Below are positions 9,598-17,330 of a DNA stretch of 64,000 bases, piece after piece (the stretch's first letter is position 1; the number at the start of each line of letters is the position of its first letter). The notes under the pieces were generated by a model that saw only the letters and a program-made list of their open reading frames with translations, was not told the DNA's origin and made no database searches. Position numbers and translations under genes: made by a program. The DNA comes from a virus: positions 32,001 to 96,000 of IMG/VR virus record IMGVR_UViG_3300021429_002604; one strand, written 5' to 3'.

Positions 9598-10077
9598 ATG
9601 AAACACATAATCCCAATAAACGAATTTGATAGTAATGCATTTGGCGACACCTATGGATATGGTGGAGCTAATGGTATATTTAAGATAAATTACAAGCCTT
9701 TCAGTGATCTTTCAGTTTCTGTTGGTCCTGATCCAAACGTGGAGCGTACGGTAAAGGGATCCGAATTCCAATTAGGTGACGTGATCATAGCACAACCACT
9801 ACAATCAAAGAAGGATGTTATTGGCGTAATAGTTAGAGCATTTAGAAATCCGGATAACCAACAATATAGGTATTTTATCCAAGTCTATAATAAGGGTAAG
9901 AAAACTGAAAGAGTCATCGAGGTAAAAAGTGATACCGTTAAATTTGCTGAAGGAGGAGACCACGGAAATATGGAAACCATTTCTAAATACAAAAATAACG
10001 AAATCCCAAGCGCTGCATTCAATTCTAAAACAGTATACAGTTCCAGTGAATTGGGACTTGAGACTACTGGGGGATAA
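9598..10077 (+). CDS. Hypothetical protein, putative internal head protein
   Basis: N-terminus MKHIIPINEF; late-like GATACATA at 9585..9592. Confidence 0.55.
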   Translation: MKHIIPINEFDSNAFGDTYGYGGANGIFKINYKPFSDLSVSVGPDPNVERTVKGSEFQLGDVIIAQPLQSKKDVIGVIVRAFRNPDNQQYRYFIQVYNKGKKTERVIEVKSDTVKFAEGGDHGNMETISKYKNNEIPSAAFNSKTVYSSSELGLETTGG

Positions 10078-10084
10078 AATAAAG

Positions 10085-10112
10085 GAAACTAATTCCAATC
10101 CCACGGGTACAA
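10085..10112 (+). promoter_or_regulatory. Bipartite promoter motif GAAAC-N17-GTACAA
   Basis: Intergenic, upstream of the UvsE-like gene. Confidence 0.55.
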
Positions 10113-10128
10113 AGAATAAAGACATTCG

Positions 10129-11031
10129 ATGGTATCCGGTAACAACCAACCAAATATTTCTTATATCGGGCTTCCCAAAAGAAGCATAAATGGAGAATTT
10201 TCAATATCTTCATATGACGATATGCTTGCTCTCATTCTGGATATATGCCGCATAAATTCAGGTATAATGGCAAAGTCTGTTTGTCTCGATGTCAATGAGT
10301 TAGACATCAGCCAATCCTTCTTCGATGACACCATAGAAGAGGAAGATCCAGTGATATCCTCCAAGATCAATGAAATAAATTCCATCATCAATAAGAATTC
10401 AATTAGAATTTGTTTTTTTGCTGGCAAGGAATATTTTTTGGGTAGCCAATTAGAACAGGTTAGAGACAATACGGTAAGACTATTTAACATACTTGGATCA
10501 ATATTGGATTTACTCGGTGTGGACTATCCATCGATAGTTGTTCGTGTTGGTTCTGCTTATGGAAACAGAAAAGCTACAATGAAATCTTTTTGCGAGCGTG
10601 TCTCTCTGCTCGACAAATCAACAGCAGAAAAGCTTTGTGTTACGAATGACGAAAAGCCTAGTCTTTTTTCAATAACGGATCTTCTGTCCGGAGTTTATTA
10701 TGAATCTGGAATACCTTTATGTTTTCGATCGCTACCTCATCAATTTAATGATGGTGGACTTAGTATTAGAGAGGCACTATTCTTAGCTTCCTCAACGTGG
10801 AAAGCTGGTCAAAGACCTTTCTTTATACATGGTGAATCCGAGGACGTAAATGAATACGGGGTTTCCCTTTCTCCTGTCCCAGCAAGATCATTAAGCAGAA
10901 GAATACCAACATTTGGTTTGGAATGCGATATCGTAATAGATTCACCATCAGGGGAATCAGCTTATATCGAATATCTAAAGAATTATAAATCACTACCTCC
11001 CGTAGTGATAAACAAAGTTGCTAAGAAATAA
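10129..11031 (+). CDS. UV-damage endonuclease UvsE/UvdE-like TIM barrel, catalytically degenerate
   Basis: Colinear with UvsE motifs (VGSAYGNRKAT, TNDEK, IPLCF), but the usual His/Glu/Asp metal ligands appear substituted. Confidence 0.65.
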   Translation: MVSGNNQPNISYIGLPKRSINGEFSISSYDDMLALILDICRINSGIMAKSVCLDVNELDISQSFFDDTIEEEDPVISSKINEINSIINKNSIRICFFAGKEYFLGSQLEQVRDNTVRLFNILGSILDLLGVDYPSIVVRVGSAYGNRKATMKSFCERVSLLDKSTAEKLCVTNDEKPSLFSITDLLSGVYYESGIPLCFRSLPHQFNDGGLSIREALFLASSTWKAGQRPFFIHGESEDVNEYGVSLSPVPARSLSRRIPTFGLECDIVIDSPSGESAYIEYLKNYKSLPPVVINKVAKK

Positions 11032-11081
11032 TTTTTTTATTTCGAGTTTATTGTTTATATTTACAGAAATTTTAGAGACCC

Positions 11082-11783
11082 ATGTTTAAAAAAGAAGCAA
11101 TACAGAATTTTTTATATTTTGACGTCGAGACCGCATGTGCGTACGAAGGATACGAAACGATGAGCGAGCTTAATCCTAGATTAGCTACACTTTGGTCTAA
11201 AAGAGCGAATTATTATAGAGGAGCAAATACGGAATTGGCAGGAGCTACCGACGGTGAGATATTTTTACAGAAAGGTTCACTAGAACCTGAATTTTCAAGA
11301 GTTGTTTGTGTTACCTTTGGTACATTCACAGAGGATGGTGAGAAAAAATTCATTTCTTTTGCAGGTCAGGATGAGATTGATATTCTTAATAAAACAAACA
11401 AGGTTTTAAATAATGCCATGGCTAAGAACTGGAAGCTATGTGGACATAATATTAAAGGATTCGATGTGCCATGCCTAGGTAAAAGAATGGTCTTTAATGG
11501 AATAAACCCCTCGGGTAATATTCAGATTTGGGACAAGAAGCCATGGGAAATACCCTATGTCGACACCTCAGATATTTTTGCTTTTGGAAGCTGGGTACAA
11601 CAAAAATATCTAAGTCTTGATCTATTGGCTTGTTCGCTTAATATACCATCACCAAAAGGTGATCTTGACGGATCTAAAGTTAATCACACCTATTGGATAG
11701 AGAAGGATTATGATAAGATCTCCACCTACTGTGAAGCTGATGTGAAAACAGTAATGGACGTCATGGAGAAGGTCTGCTTCTAG
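11082..11783 (+). CDS. DnaQ-like 3'-5' exonuclease (PolB exonuclease-related)
   Basis: ExoI FDVETA, ExoII GHNIKGFD and ExoIII YCEADV. Confidence 0.88.
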   Translation: MFKKEAIQNFLYFDVETACAYEGYETMSELNPRLATLWSKRANYYRGANTELAGATDGEIFLQKGSLEPEFSRVVCVTFGTFTEDGEKKFISFAGQDEIDILNKTNKVLNNAMAKNWKLCGHNIKGFDVPCLGKRMVFNGINPSGNIQIWDKKPWEIPYVDTSDIFAFGSWVQQKYLSLDLLACSLNIPSPKGDLDGSKVNHTYWIEKDYDKISTYCEADVKTVMDVMEKVCF

Positions 11784-11808
11784 CAAATACAAAACCACAC
11801 AATACCTT

Positions 11809-11842
11809 AAAAGCTTTTCTTGATATATAGAGAAAAGCTTTT
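11809..11842. terminator. 12-bp perfect inverted repeat (probable terminator) with GATATATA in its 10-nt loop
   Basis: aaaagcttttct-tgatatatag-agaaaagctttt, followed by a T-run. Confidence 0.6.
11822..11829 (+). promoter_or_regulatory. GATATATA putative late promoter
   Basis: 16 nt upstream of the GTG start of the nucleotidyltransferase. Confidence 0.6.
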
Positions 11843-11845
11843 TTA

Positions 11846-12661
11846 GTGGACGGAGTATTACATTTTATCGAATTCTTAAAAACCAAAGGGGTTTCTCTTA
11901 ATGAAAGGGAGATAAACCCATTCTATCATGATGAATTAAACCCTGTCTTTTGGACTAAGAAAAAAGACAAGGAGAGGAATGAAAAATGGGTATTTGATCA
12001 AAGGGTAAGAAGAAAGCTTCTCCGAATAGCCAAAGAATTCTTCCTTGATTTCGAGGATATCCTAAAGGAGAAGGATATAGTTGACATCCAACTTACCGGA
12101 TCTCTCTCAAATTACAATTACACCGATTTTTCGGATCTTGATGTTCATATCATAGTAAATCTTAAGGGTATAGACGACGAGAACCCGCAAATTCTTAAAA
12201 GAGCCATAGATGGCATAAGGTTCGCTTGGAACCTTAGACATGATATTAGCATCAGAGGATATGATGTTGAACTATACGTGCAAGACGAGGACGAACCTCA
12301 CACTGCTTCAGCCTTATTTTCCTTATTGAATAACGAGTGGATAAAGAAGCCCGTATACGATCCTCCTTCAATTGATGAGAGGGATGTTGAGAAGAAATAT
12401 AATGGCATAGTTTCTGACATCGAGCAAATACATTCCAGATTAATGATTGACTCTGTACTCCCTACAAATGCAAGACAGCTATATAGGAGATGTATAAAGC
12501 TGAAAGTAAAGATCTTCAAAATGAGAAAGGAAGGGCTTGCAAAAGGAGGGGAAATGTCAATTGGTAATTTAGCTTTTAAAAAGCTCAGAAATGAAGGATA
12601 TATAGAAAAACTGATAAATATCATTTCCAAATCGTACGATAAAATTTACACAGAAAAATAA
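11846..12661 (+). CDS. Nucleotidyltransferase (DNA pol beta superfamily)
   Basis: TGSLSNYNYTDFSDLDVH (GS...DxD) with a third acidic residue in DVELY. Confidence 0.8.
   Translation: MDGVLHFIEFLKTKGVSLNEREINPFYHDELNPVFWTKKKDKERNEKWVFDQRVRRKLLRIAKEFFLDFEDILKEKDIVDIQLTGSLSNYNYTDFSDLDVHIIVNLKGIDDENPQILKRAIDGIRFAWNLRHDISIRGYDVELYVQDEDEPHTASALFSLLNNEWIKKPVYDPPSIDERDVEKKYNGIVSDIEQIHSRLMIDSVLPTNARQLYRRCIKLKVKIFKMRKEGLAKGGEMSIGNLAFKKLRNEGYIEKLINIISKSYDKIYTEK
12597..12604 (+). promoter_or_regulatory. GATATATA putative late promoter (inside the NTase 3' end)
   Basis: 65 nt upstream of ORF 12670. Confidence 0.45.
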
Positions 12662-12669
12662 TACAAAAG

Positions 12670-15282
12670 ATGGTTATATTATTACCCAAGAAAGCAGAAT
12701 ATAAGATAGGAGATGATTTTCCTTTTCTAACTATTCCTTTGGACATGGAAGGTGCAGAAAGTGCATCATTTGAGGATTTTCAATGGTGGTCTACCTCGGA
12801 GAATTTCCAAAAGTGGCTTAAGAACAACCCTAGAGAATGGGTAGCTGATTCAGAAGACATGAGCAGATATAGCGGTAATATAACCGAATATTTGAAAGAG
12901 AATTATGGGTATGATTTCGATGACATTGACATCTCAATTGACGAATCCACTGGTGTTGCTTCGTTCACTCAATTTTCTAAACTGAATGAGGACAAAGGGG
13001 AAAAATCTCAGGATGATCCAACATACAGGGAATCTATTAAATTTCACTTTGCATATAATCAATTGAGATCTACTGGTAAGATAGACGAGACAATGAGTCC
13101 CGACGAAGTTACAGTGGGATCAGATAAAGCAATTTTCATTTCTGGTGAGGATCCCAATACTGGTGATAATATATTGGAGACACTAAAGGCAATTAGGGCA
13201 ACTGGTTTTGTAAAAACCTCAGATGATTCTAAAATAATGCTTTTAAATGTTACCGAGATGGTTCCAGGAGGACCAATCGCGGAGGATGAGACTGCCGAGG
13301 GATTAACCCAGAAAATAGTACAGGATGCTACAATTCTTGCTGCTATGGGTGGAGCAGGAGTGGTTTTATACGGTGCTCTTAAAGTAGCAGGTAGTGCTTG
13401 GGCAGGTAATAAATTACTAAAAACTATATCTGGATTTAGTCCAGCTGCTAAAACTGCTGCTACCGGGGCTAAAACCGCAGGACTATTTAGTAAATTTAAA
13501 AGTTATACAGGAGCGGGTATTAAAAGCATCTGGGGAACAGCTAAATCGATGGCTCTTCTTAAAAACACCAGAATAGTAGGATCTGCCATAGCAAGAGGAG
13601 CAAGAGGAGCTAAAGCAGCATACACATTGGGTAAAGTTGGCGTCGGCGGTGCTATTAAAGCATTTGGAAGAGGACTTACGAGAGGTGCCAGTAAGGGTGG
13701 ATTTAAAGCTATACCTTTCGTCGGTGAGGTTCTAATGGTTATTGATGCTGTTGGATCTACCTGGAATTGGTTTAGTGATAAACAGGCACCCAAATATAAC
13801 GAGGTAAAGGATTTTGCTCATAATGAGATGGATCCTAAGAAATTACCAATCGGTGTTCCCATCACTGTTTGTTGGGCTCAACCTGCTGGTGGTGGATGGG
13901 GAACTGCTGTAAGTTTTCTCTATAACAATGAAACAAGAACAACTGCAGAAATCATAAAGATCGGTGAAAAGAATAACTATTCAGTCTTTATTCTAACCCA
14001 GGTTAATTCAAAAGAAGTACAGAAACAATTGGCAGATCATGAACTGGTAATGATTGCTCTTGATAATAATGATCTTGTAAACGACCAGAGTGGATTTTTC
14101 AATACTGTTGCAAGAATTGTTGATAACGAGGATCTAGATTTTAAAATATCATATGTTGATGGTATTTCTAAACTTACATCGATTTTTAATTTTCAAGGAA
14201 TGTGCGATTGGACTGTTTTCGAAGAGGCATTACAGAATTCTTCGGACCAGCTTATAGTATCTGATACTAGTGCACCCGAAACTTATGAATTCTATTATGA
14301 AGACTCTGAGGAAAATGTTATCAACGTGGCAGGAAGATTAATGACTGACGATGAACTAAGATCAACAACAGATTCCGATCTGCAGAAGATATTCTTACCT
14401 AAGGAGGATAAATCTGATTATGGAACTAGACCCGGAGAGAAAGCACCAGGGGCTAAAGAAAATGAGGAATATGCAGGATATGGATCCTTTATAAATGAAT
14501 CGGAAGTGATCACTAGCTTCTCTGCATTCAATAACAGAATGGATGGCATTAACGAGGACGATAAGGCTGCGGATGCTAAAGTTTCAGGAGGTAAAATAGA
14601 ACTTTCTCAGGAACAACTTGCTGGACCTGCAAAAATCGCGATCTATTGGGTAACCGACAGAGAATATGCGGATCCCGATCTTAGAAAATATAAAGCTGGT
14701 CTATTCACCAACTTCACAATAAATCCCGATGATTATACAGCTAAGCCGGGTCAATCTATTGATGTTGAGCTCAATACCGTTAACGAGGACGTAGAGAATC
14801 CAAAAAGAGGTGTCTATGTTTTCAAGAAGAAGAAAGAAGAAGAGGATAAGAAAGATGATGATAAAATCGTAGTGGTAACAAATCCTAAAGTTGAGGATGA
14901 CGATAAAAATGATGATGCAAAACCGGAGGATAATAAAACATCTGATGACTACTACATCAAGGTTGATCCTAAGGATGTTCAGATCAAGGACAGAAGAAGC
15001 TCAACAGTTATCAAAGATAACTCGGTAACTGGAGGGATAAATCTAATAGATAAATTCCTTACTGATAAGGATAAGGAAGTATTAGGAATCCAAAACTGGA
15101 AGGCAATTACTTTTGCAAAAGCACTACAGGATAACAGAGGAGACGTCGTAGAAGTTAAGCTTAAGAACAGATTTGCTGCATTTGGAGACAAAACTAGAAG
15201 GTATAGAGTTACTGACGGTGAATCTTTCCAAATAGGTAAAACATTTGCATCAGAGGTTGAGGACAGAATAAAATACGAATAA
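12670..15282 (+). CDS. Large hypothetical virion/ejection-like protein with a Gly/Ala-rich hydrophobic-amphipathic segment
   Basis: 870 aa; segment DATILAAMGGAGVVLYG...KAIPFVGEVLMVIDAV; lies directly before the head genes. Confidence 0.55.
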   Translation: MVILLPKKAEYKIGDDFPFLTIPLDMEGAESASFEDFQWWSTSENFQKWLKNNPREWVADSEDMSRYSGNITEYLKENYGYDFDDIDISIDESTGVASFTQFSKLNEDKGEKSQDDPTYRESIKFHFAYNQLRSTGKIDETMSPDEVTVGSDKAIFISGEDPNTGDNILETLKAIRATGFVKTSDDSKIMLLNVTEMVPGGPIAEDETAEGLTQKIVQDATILAAMGGAGVVLYGALKVAGSAWAGNKLLKTISGFSPAAKTAATGAKTAGLFSKFKSYTGAGIKSIWGTAKSMALLKNTRIVGSAIARGARGAKAAYTLGKVGVGGAIKAFGRGLTRGASKGGFKAIPFVGEVLMVIDAVGSTWNWFSDKQAPKYNEVKDFAHNEMDPKKLPIGVPITVCWAQPAGGGWGTAVSFLYNNETRTTAEIIKIGEKNNYSVFILTQVNSKEVQKQLADHELVMIALDNNDLVNDQSGFFNTVARIVDNEDLDFKISYVDGISKLTSIFNFQGMCDWTVFEEALQNSSDQLIVSDTSAPETYEFYYEDSEENVINVAGRLMTDDELRSTTDSDLQKIFLPKEDKSDYGTRPGEKAPGAKENEEYAGYGSFINESEVITSFSAFNNRMDGINEDDKAADAKVSGGKIELSQEQLAGPAKIAIYWVTDREYADPDLRKYKAGLFTNFTINPDDYTAKPGQSIDVELNTVNEDVENPKRGVYVFKKKKEEEDKKDDDKIVVVTNPKVEDDDKNDDAKPEDNKTSDDYYIKVDPKDVQIKDRRSSTVIKDNSVTGGINLIDKFLTDKDKEVLGIQNWKAITFAKALQDNRGDVVEVKLKNRFAAFGDKTRRYRVTDGESFQIGKTFASEVEDRIKYE

Positions 15283-15318
15283 TCTCAAAAAATAGTAAAA
15301 AATACTGAAACCAGTATT

Positions 15319-15326
15319 GATATATA
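15319..15326 (+). promoter_or_regulatory. GATATATA putative late promoter preceded by a 7-bp hairpin (15301..15318)
   Basis: aatactg-aaac-cagtatt then gatatata, 25 nt before the protease ATG. Confidence 0.6.
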
Positions 15327-15351
15327 AGAAATACAAAAAGAAGATAGAAAA

Positions 15352-17301
15352 ATGCCAACAACTCAAAAATTGAACGAAGATTTGGTCTTTATCCTCGAAA
15401 GACAAAGTACAGTCCTTGAATCTAAAAAAACAGATTCGGATGATTATGTCTTAGAAGGTACTGCTGCTGTGTTTGGAAAAGAGAACAACAACAACAGAAT
15501 ATATGAAGAGGCCGAATATCTTCCACACCTAAACTACCTTAAGGACAAAATAGCTCAAAAGAGGTTGGTTGGTGAATTGGATCACCCTGAGAAATTCGAT
15601 GTTTCTTTGAAAAACATTTCACACATCATCACTGATCTTAATCACGATAAAGCTAACAGAGAGATTAAGATTAAGGTAAGACTTTTAGATACCCCAGCAG
15701 GACAAATCGCTAAAAAGCTAGTAGATGCTGGAGTACCACTTTCAATATCATCAAGAGCAGCTGGTGCAGTTGGTAATGATAAGAAAGTACAAATCAAGAA
15801 AATATTCACTTACGATTTAGTTGCCGATCCAGGATTTCAGGACGCACAATTAGAAAGAGTATACGAAAGCGCAGGCTATACATTTCAAGAATTCTTTGAA
15901 ATGAGAAATAACAGCGTTTTATCCGATCTAGTTTGTATGAATGAATCATTAGGTCTAGAAAATGAATCTACAGTGAAGATATATAAAGTTGAAAATAACG
16001 AAGAATTCAACAAACTCGTATCAAAATCAGACAAAAATAAAACAATCCTCATGGAGAATAATGAATTTGTTACTGCGGAAGAACTTAATCAATATTCAAT
16101 TTTCTTGAAAAAGGAAATGGATTCGATGAAGTCTACATTGGCAGAAATTAAAGAACAAAAAGAAAAATTAAGCGAATCCGCTGAAGAGTCTAACACTTCA
16201 GACTTGGAAGAGAGAGTAGCAAAACTTGAAAAGTACTCTGAGTATTTAGCTGAGAATTTGGACAGTGCTATTAAATACGGTGAGTATTTAGCAGAGAATC
16301 TAGATTCAAGCATCAGCTACACTAAATACTTGGCTGAGAATTTGGACAAGAACATCTCTTACTCTAAGTATTTAGCAGAAAACGTAGACAAATCAATTTC
16401 TTACTCTGAGTATGTTGCAGAGAGCGTTGATAAATCTATCGAGTATTCTAAATATCTTGCTGAGAAGGTAGATCAAAATATCCAATATTCTGAGTACTTA
16501 GCAGAAAACGTAGACAAAGGTATTGCTTATAGCGAATATCTAGGTGAGAACCTTGACAAAGGTATTGCTTACACTGAATACGTTGCTGAGAAACTAAATA
16601 ATGGTATTGAATACTCTGAGTATCTAGGTGAGAATCTAAACAAATCAATTGAGTACTCTGATTATTTAGCAGAGAACGTTAACAGAGGTTTAGATTATTC
16701 TGAGTACTTAGCAGAAAAAGTTAAAAGATCAATCTCTTATAGTGAATATATTGCTGAAAACGTTAATAACGGAACAATGAATAAAACAGAATCACTAAGA
16801 GAAAGCGTAGATCTTTCAGCTCAAGCAGGTTTAAATGAATCTGGATTTGCTGGAGATTACACTAATCTTTCATCACAAATTGATAATTTGATAGAATCAG
16901 TTAAAACACAAAAAACTGAGTCAAATATAAACGAAGCTTCTAGAAACGTAGAAGCACCAGCCGACACACAAAAGGCAGAAACTCTTAACGAAGAGGAGAA
17001 CACCAACAAAACAGGTCTTAAGTTTATCGATGAGATGCCTGAAGAATACACTCAGGTTTGGGAATCACTTACAGAAAGTCACCAGCAATCTATTGTTGCT
17101 CAAAGTAACTTCTATAGGTTAGATACACCTTACCAGATTAAAAACTTCTGGTCAACACGTCAACTTGGAACTAAAACAGTTGGGGTTCAAAAACTAGACG
17201 AGAGTGAAAACGTAGCTCAAACAAATGCAAACCAGGCTTATTCAAGTGATTACATGAATTACATAGCTTCTGCATTAGAGCAAAAATTCGCAAGAAGATA
17301 A
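15352..17301 (+). CDS. gp21: Prohead protease (gp21-like) fused to prohead core scaffold (gp22-like)
   Basis: N-terminal LEG..AVF...N.NNRIY, GELDHP (His), ISSRAAG (Ser) and DLVADP; the C-terminal half is a coiled-coil repeat scaffold. Confidence 0.9.
   Translation: MPTTQKLNEDLVFILERQSTVLESKKTDSDDYVLEGTAAVFGKENNNNRIYEEAEYLPHLNYLKDKIAQKRLVGELDHPEKFDVSLKNISHIITDLNHDKANREIKIKVRLLDTPAGQIAKKLVDAGVPLSISSRAAGAVGNDKKVQIKKIFTYDLVADPGFQDAQLERVYESAGYTFQEFFEMRNNSVLSDLVCMNESLGLENESTVKIYKVENNEEFNKLVSKSDKNKTILMENNEFVTAEELNQYSIFLKKEMDSMKSTLAEIKEQKEKLSESAEESNTSDLEERVAKLEKYSEYLAENLDSAIKYGEYLAENLDSSISYTKYLAENLDKNISYSKYLAENVDKSISYSEYVAESVDKSIEYSKYLAEKVDQNIQYSEYLAENVDKGIAYSEYLGENLDKGIAYTEYVAEKLNNGIEYSEYLGENLNKSIEYSDYLAENVNRGLDYSEYLAEKVKRSISYSEYIAENVNNGTMNKTESLRESVDLSAQAGLNESGFAGDYTNLSSQIDNLIESVKTQKTESNINEASRNVEAPADTQKAETLNEEENTNKTGLKFIDEMPEEYTQVWESLTESHQQSIVAQSNFYRLDTPYQIKNFWSTRQLGTKTVGVQKLDESENVAQTNANQAYSSDYMNYIASALEQKFARR
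15978..15985 (+). promoter_or_regulatory. Internal GATATATA putative late promoter for a nested scaffold ORF
   Basis: 65 nt upstream of in-frame ATG 16051, which has an A-rich leader. Confidence 0.5.
16051..17301 (+). CDS. Putative nested, in-frame scaffold protein (416 aa) translated from Met234
   Basis: In-frame ATG at the protease/scaffold boundary with leader acaaaaataaaacaatcctc, plus the upstream late motif. Confidence 0.5.
   Translation: MENNEFVTAEELNQYSIFLKKEMDSMKSTLAEIKEQKEKLSESAEESNTSDLEERVAKLEKYSEYLAENLDSAIKYGEYLAENLDSSISYTKYLAENLDKNISYSKYLAENVDKSISYSEYVAESVDKSIEYSKYLAEKVDQNIQYSEYLAENVDKGIAYSEYLGENLDKGIAYTEYVAEKLNNGIEYSEYLGENLNKSIEYSDYLAENVNRGLDYSEYLAEKVKRSISYSEYIAENVNNGTMNKTESLRESVDLSAQAGLNESGFAGDYTNLSSQIDNLIESVKTQKTESNINEASRNVEAPADTQKAETLNEEENTNKTGLKFIDEMPEEYTQVWESLTESHQQSIVAQSNFYRLDTPYQIKNFWSTRQLGTKTVGVQKLDESENVAQTNANQAYSSDYMNYIASALEQKFARR
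16234..16773 (+). repeat. 13 tandem 42-bp (14-aa) coding repeats, consensus YSEYLAENLDKxIx
   Basis: Units counted in the translation from YSEYLAENLDSAIK to YSEYIAENVNNG (last unit 12 aa). Confidence 0.95.
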
Positions 17302-17330
17302 ATTAAAAAATAAAAAAAACAACTAAAATC

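Noticed and set aside
15307-15336. GAAAC upstream of the protease as a seventh middle promoter
   Set aside because: No matching -10 at 17-nt spacing; GAAAC is better explained as part of the hairpin loop.
16234-16773. 42-bp periodic DNA as a possible CRISPR array or minisatellite
   Set aside because: There are no unique spacers; variation is at synonymous positions and the period is a multiple of 3 within a CDS.
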